NCBI RefSeq assembly: GCF_036321535.1
Contig: NC_087437.1
Span: 79,672,001 to 79,736,000 of the forward strand
Direction: 5' to 3'
DNA: 64,000 bases
Source: Camelus dromedarius
Taxonomy: Eukaryota
Below the pieces are notes generated by a model. That model searched no databases. It was not told where the DNA came from and saw only the letters and a list, made by a program, of their open reading frames with translations. Positions within the stretch are counted from its first letter, which is position 1. Each line of letters begins with the position of its first letter. This document shows positions 53,280 through 64,000 of this stretch, one piece after another. The position numbers were made by a program, and so were the translations under genes.

Positions 53280-55385
53280 ATAAAATGAGAAATATTAGAA
53301 TTTCCTCAGCCACCTTCTGTAGTAAATGCTTCTTAAGAATATTAAGTCACAGAATGAAGTGAGAAATTAAAATTTTGTTAAAGAAATGAAGAAAGCAGAG
53401 GTATTAATAACAATTGACTCTCTATGGTCCTGTGAGAACTCTAACAAGGTTCATGAACGTAAAAGGAAAAATTCAGACTGCAGAATTCTTGAAAGAAAAG
53501 ATAGCAATGGAATGAATCTTTGAAGTGAAGAGAAAAAAAATTAACCAAGCCTGTAATTCTATACACACAAGACAGTCTTCAAAAATAAAGGTTGAATAAA
53601 GAAATTTTAAGACAACTTGAGAGAATCTGTTGCAGGCAAGTCTACACTAAAAAGAAGTACTCAGTGGGAGTCTTGAGATAGAAACTACCTCTGAAGGAAA
53701 CATAAAAAGAAAGAAAGAAAACACCAGAAAGGGCAAAGGTACAGGCAAATATAAATATTGAATACATAAAATTAAACTCCTATCTTATGGGGTTCTTTCA
53801 GCAAACCAAGAGTAAAAGTAAACTTCTTTATTATAACATGATACATGGCTTCAGATATTTAATATACCAATTCTCCTGAAATGAATCTATAGGAGTGTCA
53901 AGCAAAATTCCAAATATTTATTTTCATGAAAATTGTAAAGATGGTTCTAAATCCCTATGAAAATATGAAGGGCCAAGAATATATAAAGCAAAAATAAAGT
54001 TCAAAGCTCTAGGACATATACTACATGGTACAGCAATCCATTAGAAAATGTATTAGTCAAACAGTGTAAGATGGGCACAAGAATAAACACATAAGACCAT
54101 GAAATAGAAAACAAAACTTGAAGTCAGACCAAGTAATTTATAACAAAGCAAATTCTACAGAGCAATGGAAACAATGATCTTCAAAATAAATGTTGGATTT
54201 AATTTTCATATGAAGAAATCTTGACCTCTATTTCATGCCTTCTACAAAAGCAATGCCACATGGATTGCAATCTGAACAAAATTTTGTAAAATGTAAGGTA
54301 AAAATTAAAGTAAATTTTAAAGTTTACTGAAAATAACAAAGAGTAAAACAATAAAATTTTAGAAGAAAACATAGAAAAACATCTTTTTGATACTTGAGTA
54401 AGCAAAGATTTCTAAAACAGGGAGCTAACTGTAAAGGAAAATTATAGATTAGACAAGATGAAAATTAAGAGCTGTCATTCATACAAAAATGATCCCAAAA
54501 GGATGAAAAGGTCACCCAGAGAGACAAAATCTTTGCAACACCCATCAAAGGCTTATGTTTGGAATATGTAGAGCACTCTAAGTCAATAGGAAAATGACAA
54601 GCAAACTAACAGAAAATAATGGGCAAAATACTTAACACAAGCCCAAAAAAGGTATCCAAATGGCTAATAAACACATCAAGAGATACTTAACATTATTATT
54701 CTGAGAAATGCAAATTAAATCATGATGTGTTATTACACAAAAAATCAGGAAATAGCAAGTATTAGTAAGGGTAAGGCACAGTCAGAACTCTTATGCTACT
54801 AATGGGAGTGCAAATTTGTGCAACCAGTTTGAAATGCGATTGATAGACTTTCCTGTAGCTCAACATGAGCGCATCCTATGATCTAGCAAGTGGATCCCTA
54901 AGCATATAATGGATAGAAATTCATGCATTTACTCATGAAAAAGTGCTAAAATTGTTGATAGTAATACTATTCAGAACCATGCATAAGCTGAAAAATAGTG
55001 GAATGATGGAATAAATTGCAGTATTTTCTCACAATGGAATTCTATGCAGCAAATAGAATGAGCAATGTAAGTATACACAAAAATATGGGTAGCTCACAAA
55101 AAAAAAAGTTAAAGAAACTATTCAGCAAAGAGCTTATATTGTTTGATCACATATATATATTTCCAATACAGGTAAACTCATGTATATTTCTAGAAGACAG
55201 AAAAATGGGTTTTATTTTTAGAATAGTGAACAGAAATAGACGAAGTAAAATTCTGAAATGCTGGCAGTGTTGTTTCTTGATCTGGATTTTGGTTTTCTTG
55301 AGCATGTTCAATTTGTGAAAATCCATCATGCTAAATAACTATAATTTGTTTGTCTATATGTATGTTACGCTTAAATAAAATATTT
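53280..55385 (+). mobile_element. Old L1 (L1ME-like) fragments
   Basis: agaattct, aaggttgaataaagaaatttt, ttagaagaaaacatagaaaaa, gaaatgcaaattaaa, and a 3'UTR ending cttaaataaaa. Confidence 0.7.
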
Positions 55386-56134
55386 TTTTCAGTTGTAACC
55401 AAGAAAATCCATGTGAGTTGATGAAATGTTTAAGTAGTAAGCTGGTGTAAGAAAGGGCTAAACTAGGGAACACCAGGGACTTCTAATTACACGTGGCAAG
55501 AATTCAGCTCCAAGGACTAGACATCAGGGGCAGGACACTGATCAGCAGACACCCTGGAGGTGAGGACAACAGCAGAATGAATTAAAGGGGAAGGCAAGGA
55601 GAAGCTTTAATCATAAACGAATGTTGTAACTTGGAAAAATCAAACTAGAGTCAATAAACACATCAGGGATACTGTTGGGAGGGAATTATCAACCATTAGA
55701 CCCACAAATGTCAAATACGCAATTAGCAGCAATATCAGGAACTCCCAATACCTAATGCATCAATGCAGGCAGAGGTGTGTATACTCTTAGCTGAATCCAG
55801 GAAAGAGGTCCTCTAGCTTATTTTGGTACAAGGAGTATCTTCCTCCTGAAACCTGGTAACACTGAAATCAAGGGAGTAAAACTAGAAAGCAGGGATCAAT
55901 AAGCCAGAGAAGGGTTATACAAACAAGTTTTCAAATCAGACATTTAGCCAAGGTCAAAAGTCTAGGACAACAAGAATGTAGATCAGATGGCCAAGAAACC
56001 CAGCCGGACATAGAACCTAGACAAGTACTTGGATTTGGTACTGACTAGAGCTGGCTTCACAATTTGTTCTCCATTAGTATACAGAAGATCAGCAGTACTT
56101 AAAGCTTCAAAAAGAAAGCAGGCAGCCTCTACAA

Positions 56135-56651
56135 CAAGGTTTCTTCAAACGTTTGCCTTCAGGACCTTTTTACACTCTTATGAGATACTGATGATCTCAA
56201 AGAGTTTGGGTTTATGCAAGCTCCGTCTATAGTTACAGTTTTAGAAATTAAAACTGAGAAATGTTAAACGTAATAAATATTTTAACTCAACAGTAATAAA
56301 ACCATTACATTTTAACATAAATTACACATTTTATAAAAATACATGTACTTCCCAAAGCAAAAAAAAAAACAATTAAGAATGAAGCATGGCATTGTTTACA
56401 TTTTTCAATATTACTCCTTAATATCTCTCTGAAGAGAAACAGCTAAATTTTCACCCCTGCTTCTGCATTCATTCAGTTGCAATACCAAATTATGTAGCCT
56501 CCGGAAAACCCCACTCTTCACTCAATGAGAAAAGGAGGGTTTAAGAGGCAAATGAAATCTTAGTAATACTGTGAAAATTGTTAATTGCAGACTCCCTGAA
56601 TGGGTCTCAGGGAACCACAAGGGCTCCTGGACAATGATTTAGGAATCACTG
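56135..56651. mobile_element. MER119-like hAT-Charlie element
   Basis: tcaggacctttttacactctta...ttagaaattaaaactgagaaa...gggtctcagggaaccac...ggaatcactg. Confidence 0.75.
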
Positions 56652-57602
56652 TTTCACTGAATGCCAGCTTGATGTCAGGGCTCAGGATGTGACTGATCCT
56701 ATAGCAGCAAGTTGCCTGAACCCACATTCAACTGCCACAGCATGGAGTTTAATATTTTTGAAAGAATACGAAAGTTAACTCTCAGAATAATGTGTCAAGG
56801 AAAAGCACATTCTTGGATTGGCTATAAATGGCAGCTAAATTTGCCATAGAAAATGATGTAAATCTTTCAAAACAAGGTTCAGCTGTCATCTTTATTGATG
56901 CTTCAGAAAATCTTTGGCTAAAATAGAAGAGGACTTATAAGGACACTGATGGGAAATATTTATGAGAAGAATGTGGGAAATTAAAGGTGAACTTTTATAT
57001 AGGGATAATGGAAATATAAGTAAACACATGTAACATGTGAGGTAAACATTTTTTGGGTATAGCTGATCACAAATAATTTTATTAATATGCTTTAGGCAAA
57101 ATTATATGCTTGTGTATGTGTATATATACATACACACAAACTTACAGTGCTGTCAGAAATGATTTGTGCCAACTTATTGAACTTACAACATGTTTGATCA
57201 GTAATTTATTCTGGAGAAGTGAGTTAAATAGAAGGAAGTTGTACAACATTTATGATTTATGTGATCAGAAGTATTAAGAGAGGCCAAATCAAACAAAAAA
57301 AGGAAAAGCTAGACTTCAAACTATGTAATTCTATTTCCTTCCATAAGTCTCAATTTTGATCTTTTATAAGCAGAGAAAATGTGTTATAATGGGATGTATA
57401 TGAGTTGCCAATAAAGATTATTTCAATAGATCTCAAAAGTCATTAGGATTCCAAATAAAATCGTAAGAACAAATAAAGCAGGTGGTGATGAATTCACCTG
57501 TTACATCTGATGCCATCACTCACAGACAAATCTTTGAAAAGCTGATTCTCATGACAGGTTTGATGTATCAGTTTGGCTTGTCACAACTGCATGAACACTT
57601 GC

Positions 57603-57664
57603 CCTTTATCACTGTCCCCTTGATCTTTGGTGCTACTGAAGGAAGACTGAATAACATGGAACTA
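57603..57664 (-). CDS. Candidate exon (G)SSMLFSLPSVAPKIKGTVIK, GC-type donor
   Basis: Strong acceptor ctctttcattctcatattctccttag (NAGNAG tagtag); donor AGG|gcaagt; 62 nt, phase 2 to 1 matches both neighbours. Confidence 0.55.
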
Positions 57665-58073
57665 CTAAGGAGAATATGAGAATGAAAGAGGTAAATCATA
57701 GCATTAAGATGTGATATATAGTCAACAGAGACCATGGTTTGTCCTCCCCAAGATTGGAAGAAATGTTTCTCTAGTTTGGAATCAGCCATCAAAAAGACTT
57801 GTCAGTTTCTTAATAGGCAGAAGCCCATGAGTAACAGAAAATACGGCAGGACCCTTTTGAAATTTTTTCATAACACTTTAAGATTAAAATATGTGTAAGT
57901 ATTTTCTTGCTAAAATAACATAATGAATGCCACATTGCAAAAAAAGAAAAGAAAAAGATTTTATATACACGCACACAATTTGACCTCATTTCATTTGAAA
58001 AGAAAAGAAATAATCTAACATGAGTGTGACCCAGCCTTGGAAGAAAATCAAGAATTCCTTGACACAAGCTCAC

Positions 58074-58128
58074 CCTTGCTTGGCAACATGAGCTATAGAA
58101 TTCTGATTTGATGTGCTTCTACGAACCT
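58074..58128 (-). CDS. Candidate exon (E)VRRSTSNQNSIAHVAKQ(G)
   Basis: Acceptor ctgattcacag, donor GG|gtgagc; 55 nt, phase 1 to 2, open. Confidence 0.6.
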
Positions 58129-59855
58129 CTGTGAATCAGATTACCAACTTTTATTATTATCATCAAAACGAAAAGTTAAAAAGCTCAATTGCATACTAAA
58201 GATGACAGGAGCTTTGCCATGTCAAAGTCCAATCCAAAATAGCAACTTCTTATTCAAGCCAAATACCAGCTACTTACTCGTTTAAGTATACTTTTAAACA
58301 GAATTAACTTTTCTCTTTTGGGTTTTACTTGTCCAATTTGCATTTATGTTTTTTAAAGGAAGCCAGTATTTTCATTTCAACCTTGGAGTATGCAGTATTT
58401 TATTAAATTGACCTCTTATTTTTTGCAAAGGAAATCTATTTCCTATATAAACCAGAATAAAAGGCATGACAGCATTGTGTGTATTTATGTAAATTATATT
58501 TGGAAAGGAGAAAAATAGTAGGCAGGTCCACAACTTATCAGGTTCTCAAAATTATATATAATACAAAAAAAATCAAGAAGCAATAGCTGAGTTACTTTTT
58601 CTTATTTGATTAACATAATTAATTAACAATTATTATTGAAAAATATTTTACTAAGCTAATGAGATTTTGGACAGGTAACGTTTGAATGTAGTCATCAATT
58701 TTGAAGGTTTAGTTCAGGATACTATCTAGCTTGCTACTTTTTACTTAGAAGAAACTTCAAAATATGATGTAGCTAATTTCAGGTCTAACAATCTACTATG
58801 AGATGGTCTGTTAAAATTGTGAGGCAAAGAAAGCGAGAATGCATAATGGAGAAAAGGCTGTCTCTTCAGTAAGTGGTGATGGGAAGAGGACAGCTACATG
58901 TAAAACAGCAAGATTAGAATGTTTTCTCACACCATATGCAAAAACAAACTCAAAATAGATTAAAGACCTAAATTTAAGAACTGAAACCATAAAACTCCTA
59001 GATGACAACATAGGCAGAACACTCTTTGACATAAACCACAGCAATAGTTTCTTGGATCTGTCTCCTAAGGCAAAAGAAATAAAAGCAGAAACATACAAAT
59101 GGAACCTAAACTTAAAAACTTTCACACAGAAAAGGAAGCCACTGACAAAATGAAAAGACAACTAGTGGAATGGGAGAAAATATTTCCAAATGATATAACC
59201 AACAAGGGGTTAATATCCAAAATATATAACCAGCACATACAACTCAGTATCAAAAAAACAAACAACCCCAACAAAAAATGGGCAGACGATCTGAATATTT
59301 TTCCAAAGACATACAGAAGGCCAGCAGGCACCATGAGGTATCACCTCACACTTGTCAGATGGCTATCATTAAAAAAGGCTACAAGTAACAAATATTAGAG
59401 AGGATGTGGAGAAAAGGGAACCCTTGTACACTGTTGGTGGGAATGTAAATTGGTGCAGTCACTGTGAAAAAGAGTGTAACGGTTCCTCAAAAAATTATAA
59501 ATAGAACTACAATATGACCTAGTAATTCCACTCTCGGGTATATACCTAGAAAAAAATGAAAACATTAATTCAAAAAGATAAATGTGACCCAATGTTCATG
59601 GTAGTACCATTTACTAGAGCCAAGATATGGGAGCAACCCAAGTACCCATCAACAGATGAATGGATAAAAATGCTGTATGTATATACAAAGGAATATTACT
59701 CAACCATAAAAAAGAATGAAATCATTCCACTTGCAGCAAAGTGGATGGATCTAGATGTATTATCCTTAGTGAAGTAAGTCTGACAGAGAAAGACTAATAT
59801 TATATGATACCACTTATGTGGAATCTAAAAAAGAATATAAATTAATGTGTATGCA

Positions 59856-60260
59856 AAACAGACACAGACCCATAGATACAGAAAACAAGCTAGTGGTTAA
59901 CAGAGAGCAGAGGGGAAACAGTGAGGGCAAAGGGGTATGGGATTAAGAGATACAAACTACTACATATAAAACACGGGAAACATGCATATATTGTACACCA
60001 AAGGAAATTATAGCCATTACCTTATAATAACTTTTAATGGAATATAATCTATAAAAATGTTGAATCACTATGCTGTATACCTCAAATATTGTAATTAACT
60101 GAAATTAATTTCCTTTGGTGTACAATATATGCATGTTTCCCGTGTTTTATATGTAGTAGTTTGTATCTCTTAATCCCATACCCCTTTGCCCTCACTGTTT
60201 CCCCTCTGCTCTCTGTTAACCACTAGCTTGTTTTCTGTATCTATGGGTCTGTGTCTGTTT
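59856..60260. repeat. Perfect 155 bp inverted repeat with 95 bp spacer
   Basis: 60106-60260 is the exact reverse complement of 59856-60010 (checked base by base). Confidence 0.97.
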
Positions 60261-60326
60261 AATGGAATATAATCTATAAAAATGTTGAATCACTATGCTG
60301 TATACCTCAAATATTGTAATTAACTG
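60033..60326 (+). repeat. Perfect 69 bp direct duplication
   Basis: 60033-60101 equals 60258-60326 (tttaatggaatataatc...gtaattaactg). Confidence 0.97.
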
Positions 60327-60525
60327 TACTTAAAAATGTGAACACCTTGTTGAACATTTAACCATTTCTTGTCTTACACTGCATGCTACTGTATTTCAAC
60401 AAACTTTATTACTGTAGTAGACCAAATATTAGAATGTTTTACAATTATTTAAATACCTATTTGTTTCCTATTGTTCAAGAAGTCTTGGTTGATAACATAG
60501 TAATATTCTAAGATGAATAACCTAC

Positions 60526-60554
60526 CTGGAGAAACAATATGGTACTTGAAGCAA
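60526..60554 (-). CDS. Candidate 29 nt exon CFKYHIVSP(E)
   Basis: Acceptor cattattttctag, donor CAG|gtaggt; phase 2 to 1 joins the 58074-58128 exon in frame. Confidence 0.6.
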
Positions 60555-61075
60555 CTAGAAAATAATGTAAGCCAGAGACCAGTTTGAGACAATACTCACA
60601 GAAGAGAAAATCATAAACAGGGACAGATCATTTGAGTGAGGCTTCATGAGAAAATGGATTCAGTGCTGCACATAAAGGAAAGGCAGCAGCTGGCTTATCT
60701 GAGCAATAGCGTAGGCAGTAACAACAAAACTGATCACAACACTCATGGTTATTCACAGAGAAGCTGGCCTCACTGAAGAGTGCTGGGCAGAGAACTGTCA
60801 ATCAAGTGAGACTGAATGGAAACTAGGGATAAGGAATATCAAAGAGGGACAACCAAGTGAAAGTGATGGTTTTAGAATATCCACCTGGAAGAAGTTTGAA
60901 ATTAGCAAGAATTAATTTTGGTGGCAGCAAATATAATTATAAGCTTACTGCAGTTATATAAATGCAAAGTTATGCAAAGATAATATTAATAATGTACAAG
61001 AAGAAACATACATGAACGACTGTAAGGGGAGAACCTTTATGTAATTCATTGCCTGTAGGAGGGAAAACTATCTAC

Positions 61076-61165
61076 CCAGTAATGTGGTTCATTTTGAGCA
61101 CTGCTGTATTATATGAATAATTATTTCTGTCTTCCTTTTCACTTGGTTTGCCAGTTCAAAATCTG
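61076..61165 (-). pseudogene. Candidate 90 nt exon with in-frame TGA: RF*TGKPSEKEDRNNYSYNTAVLKMNHIT(G)
   Basis: Acceptor ttctgtgttccttacgtaccatgcag(cag), donor GG|gtagat; symmetric phase 2-2 but stop at third codon. Confidence 0.4.
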
Positions 61166-61865
61166 CTGCATGGTACGTAAGGAACACAGAATACAGAAAT
61201 GAAAGCATTGTGTTTTCTTCCTTTTTTATTTCTCCATATCCAAACAATTGATATCAAATTCAAATGTTTTAAAAATAGAAAATGTTTCTTACAATATATA
61301 TCCTTACCAAGTTTAAATTTTATTCTGTCTTTCCTGAAAAACTAAGTCCTAAAGTATTCCAAACAACTCCAACAAATGAGTCGTTCAAACTGATTTGTTA
61401 ACTCCTAGATAACAGAAAAATTAATGACATGAATTTTTTAATAATTTGCCAGTGAAATTAACAGTCTTATGCAACATTCAAACCAGTGGGAAAAAATTCT
61501 GTGTAGAACAAAACAAACTCAGTTGCTCCATAGACTATGAGGCTAAGCATGAAAGAGACTCTGCTTCTATCAAGTAGAATCCTTGACTTAAATGCTGTAA
61601 CCCATTTCTTCACAGCATTCAGAAACAGATGCGACACCTGATGGATAGCATAGTGTTAAACAGGACGTCTCTGACACATAATTGGTTTACTTCAGCAGCA
61701 AGAAACTATCAGTGACTTTACTAATGTTTCAATTTACTTTTCAGCCATTGCAATTTTAAGTAATTAATTTTCCAATGTAGTTTTGGAAAGTAACTCTCAG
61801 ACCAAGAAAGAGATATAGGTAAAAATGATCCTTTAACAGGAATATTGCTTTATTTTGATGTACAC

Positions 61866-61933
61866 ATCTGGAAGTATGTATCGTTCTGTAGAAGAGTCCT
61901 TTCTGTTTCTGATTAGGAAACCAGCTTTATGAT
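61866..61933 (-). CDS. Possible exon (D)HKAGFLIRNRKDSSTERYILPD
   Basis: Acceptor gaaactttgcag; open in phase 1; donor gtgtac is weak so the 3' boundary is uncertain. Confidence 0.3.
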
Positions 61934-62897
61934 CTGCAAAGTTTCAAACCCTAAGGTAGCAATAATTCTAATGAAAATAGGACTTGAATCTATAAAGAAT
62001 AAAAATTACACACACTTCTGTTGGAGGGTTATGATTATATCAATGACCAAAAGTAGTTACCCTGAAGCATCAATATGTGTAAGTAATAAGCCATGTGTTC
62101 AGGATCCAAAAGAAATTAAGTACTTAATGATGGCCCCATACAGACATGATTGCTATTTTTTCTGTAAGTAGACAGTGATGTTTCTTAATCTATTAATATG
62201 AAGAATTTGAAAAGGAGGTAAATCTGTGAATATACTTAAAATGTGGGCCATGATATACTTATAAATTGGTATGTTTTGTGTCTAGCACTACGAGTATGAT
62301 AGCAATTAAAAGGAAAATTTGTAGTTAGCTTGGTTTCTCTGTGGCTCCCCAATTTCTTGCAAAAATTTGGGCAGGTTATATTACTTGGGCTTCATTTTTT
62401 CATCTGGATAACAATAATCAAATATAGTGTTGTTCTGAGGATTGGATGTGAATATTTCTTAAGGTTCTCAGAACAGGATTTACTTCCTGGCACTTACTGG
62501 TGACAGTGGTACTAAATATAATTATTATTATTTACTTATTAATATGTCTGACATAGCCAGGCATGGCTTTGTCAACTGGAGGACAAGACACACTGAACAA
62601 GGTTCAGATCTGAAACCAGACCTGTCCATCAAAGTAGGAGAAGAACGATGGGGACAGACCCAGGACAAATGGGAATAAATTCCAATCCTGCACTTCAGAC
62701 AACTTGGCATCTGGTGGGCAAAGTCACAGGTAAGGGAGGACTGGCTAGTCCCACAACACTCATTCAGAGAGTGGAGTATCCAAACAGGCGACTAGAGGCA
62801 AGCGAAGTGGGGATCGGGTAGAGGCAGTAGTTTTGAAGCTGATCTTGCACTAGGATTTGAACCTCGTCATTGGAAAACCTCAAATTACCTCACGTAC

Positions 62898-63030
62898 CTT
62901 TCATATTCTCACAGCAAAGCACTACTTTGTAGAACTGCATATCATCCCCCATCATAACAAGTTCAATGCATTCAGTTTCCTCTTGACCTGAGCACATGAT
63001 GAAGTAGTTCATTGGAATTTGAGGCCCATG
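62898..63030 (-). CDS. Possible exon HGPQIPMNYFIMCSGQEETECIELVMMGDDMQFYKVVLCCENMK (frame and donor uncertain)
   Basis: Acceptor ttttatctgtctgttgtag; donor AAG|gtacgt (alternative CAG|gtcaag after 43 nt); one frame open over 133 nt. Confidence 0.4.
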
Positions 63031-63106
63031 CTACAACAGACAGATAAAATTAAAATCCAACTCAGTGCAGTTAAGACTAAAGAAACACATAGGAATTGAA
63101 ACCTAC

Positions 63107-63139
63107 CCAGGAGGTAAATTCTTCTCTCTCCTCTTATAT
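63107..63139 (-). CDS. Possible 33 nt exon (YKRREKNLPPG or IRGERRIYLL frame)
   Basis: Acceptor gacttag, donor GG|gtaggt, 76 nt intron to the next acceptor; phase does not join cleanly to the 133 nt open frame. Confidence 0.3.
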
Positions 63140-63519
63140 CTAAGTCATATGTATACACTTTAATAACTTTTGAAATTGTTTCTCTATGTATACATATGCA
63201 TATGTAATTTTAAGTCTTTTATACTTTCATACTCAGAAACTAGCAAACAGAATTAAGGAGTTAAGGATGTGTACCTCACTAAAGACACTTGGGCTCCTTG
63301 TCTGCATGGCTAGAACCACAGCCCCCTCAGGTACTCATTCCCAAAACCAGCTTAGATTCTGTTTCCTCTTTTAACTGCATAGTTATGCTTCAGTTTGCTT
63401 ATCCTTCTTCCCCTTCATATTACTACTCTGGAAATTCTTAAATCTATTTAAATACAGCATTCTACTTCCTTCCTCAAATACATCGGAGACACTAAACACC
63501 CTGGAGTGAAACATACAAC

Positions 63520-63992
63520 CAAGTGGAATGTGTCAGCCATGGACGTGCGCACACATCTCAGCTCTCCCTCAGGAGAACCTGCTGCCCTGAGCACATGGAC
63601 TGAAGCCTCTGCCTCCAGCACCTGCAGGGCCTCTACCAGGCTCCTGCCAAAGCTGGGCTTCCCTTAGCCTTCTCCCAGCCAGTGGCCAGGTAGGACAAGA
63701 CTACTACAGTGGGGCTGTTTCTGCCCAACGTGGGACCCCGCCAACAGTCAGCCTTTGCTGGGGGATCTCACATTGGCCCGGCCAAGACACCGTCAGATCT
63801 GCACTGCAGTCTGAGCTCTTACCCGATTTTCCTCCTCATTTCATGGGTGTCAGACCAGCATCACAGTCTAAATGCTCTTCTCACCTATGCTTAACCCTCT
63901 CTTTTACCCTTTTCAGGCATTTTGCCCAATAAATGTCTTACATATCTAATCCCACACTTGCTATCTGCTCTTGAAGGACCTGAACTGACTCA
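63520..63992 (+). mobile_element. ERVL-type solo LTR (LTR33/LTR41-like)
   Basis: 3' end cccaataaatgtcttacatatctaatccc...atctgctcttgaaggacctgaactgac; GC-richer body. Confidence 0.7.
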
Positions 63993-64000
63993 CTAACTCA

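Larger units (their letters stand above)
58823..60335 (+). mobile_element. 5'-truncated L1 with TSD and rearranged 3' end
   Basis: ORF2 C-terminus (KMKRQLVEWEKIF) and 3'UTR; flanks ttaaaattgtga (58811-58822) / ttaaaaatgtga (60330-60341), TT/AAAA endonuclease site. Confidence 0.92.

Noticed and set aside
58811..59777. Several ORFs of 65-116 aa
   Set aside because: Frameshifted L1 ORF2 C-terminus and its antisense frames
1..64000. Prokaryotic-type systems (operons, CRISPR arrays, rRNA/tRNA genes) or a CpG-island promoter
   Set aside because: Mammalian repeat-rich DNA; no regularly spaced repeats, no long ORFs, no RNA gene signatures, and CpG is depleted throughout

Overview
AT-rich, CpG-poor mammalian nuclear DNA, most likely camelid (a mitochondrial control-region insert and a young L1 3' end both match what I recall of Camelus/Vicugna; no Alu, Bov-A, PRE1 or Can-SINE seen). 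Much of the window is decayed interspersed repeats (L1, L2, MIR, MaLR/ERV LTRs, hAT DNA transposons). Almost all supplied ORFs are noise or L1 ORF2 remnants. From splice signals and codon phases I reconstruct the 3' end of a minus-strand small-exon gene (about 63.1 kb to 46.2 kb). Its last exons join in frame, probably through a GC-AG intron, while some upstream exons carry in-frame stops. The peptide weakly resembles my recollection of the CCDC7/C10orf68 C-terminus (unconfirmed). Its introns hold the two clearest oddities: a ~226 bp mitochondrial D-loop NUMT inside a (GGAA)n tract, and a perfect 155 bp inverted plus 69 bp direct duplication at the 3' end of an L1. Repeat boundaries and subfamily names are by eye and approximate unless a TSD is given.
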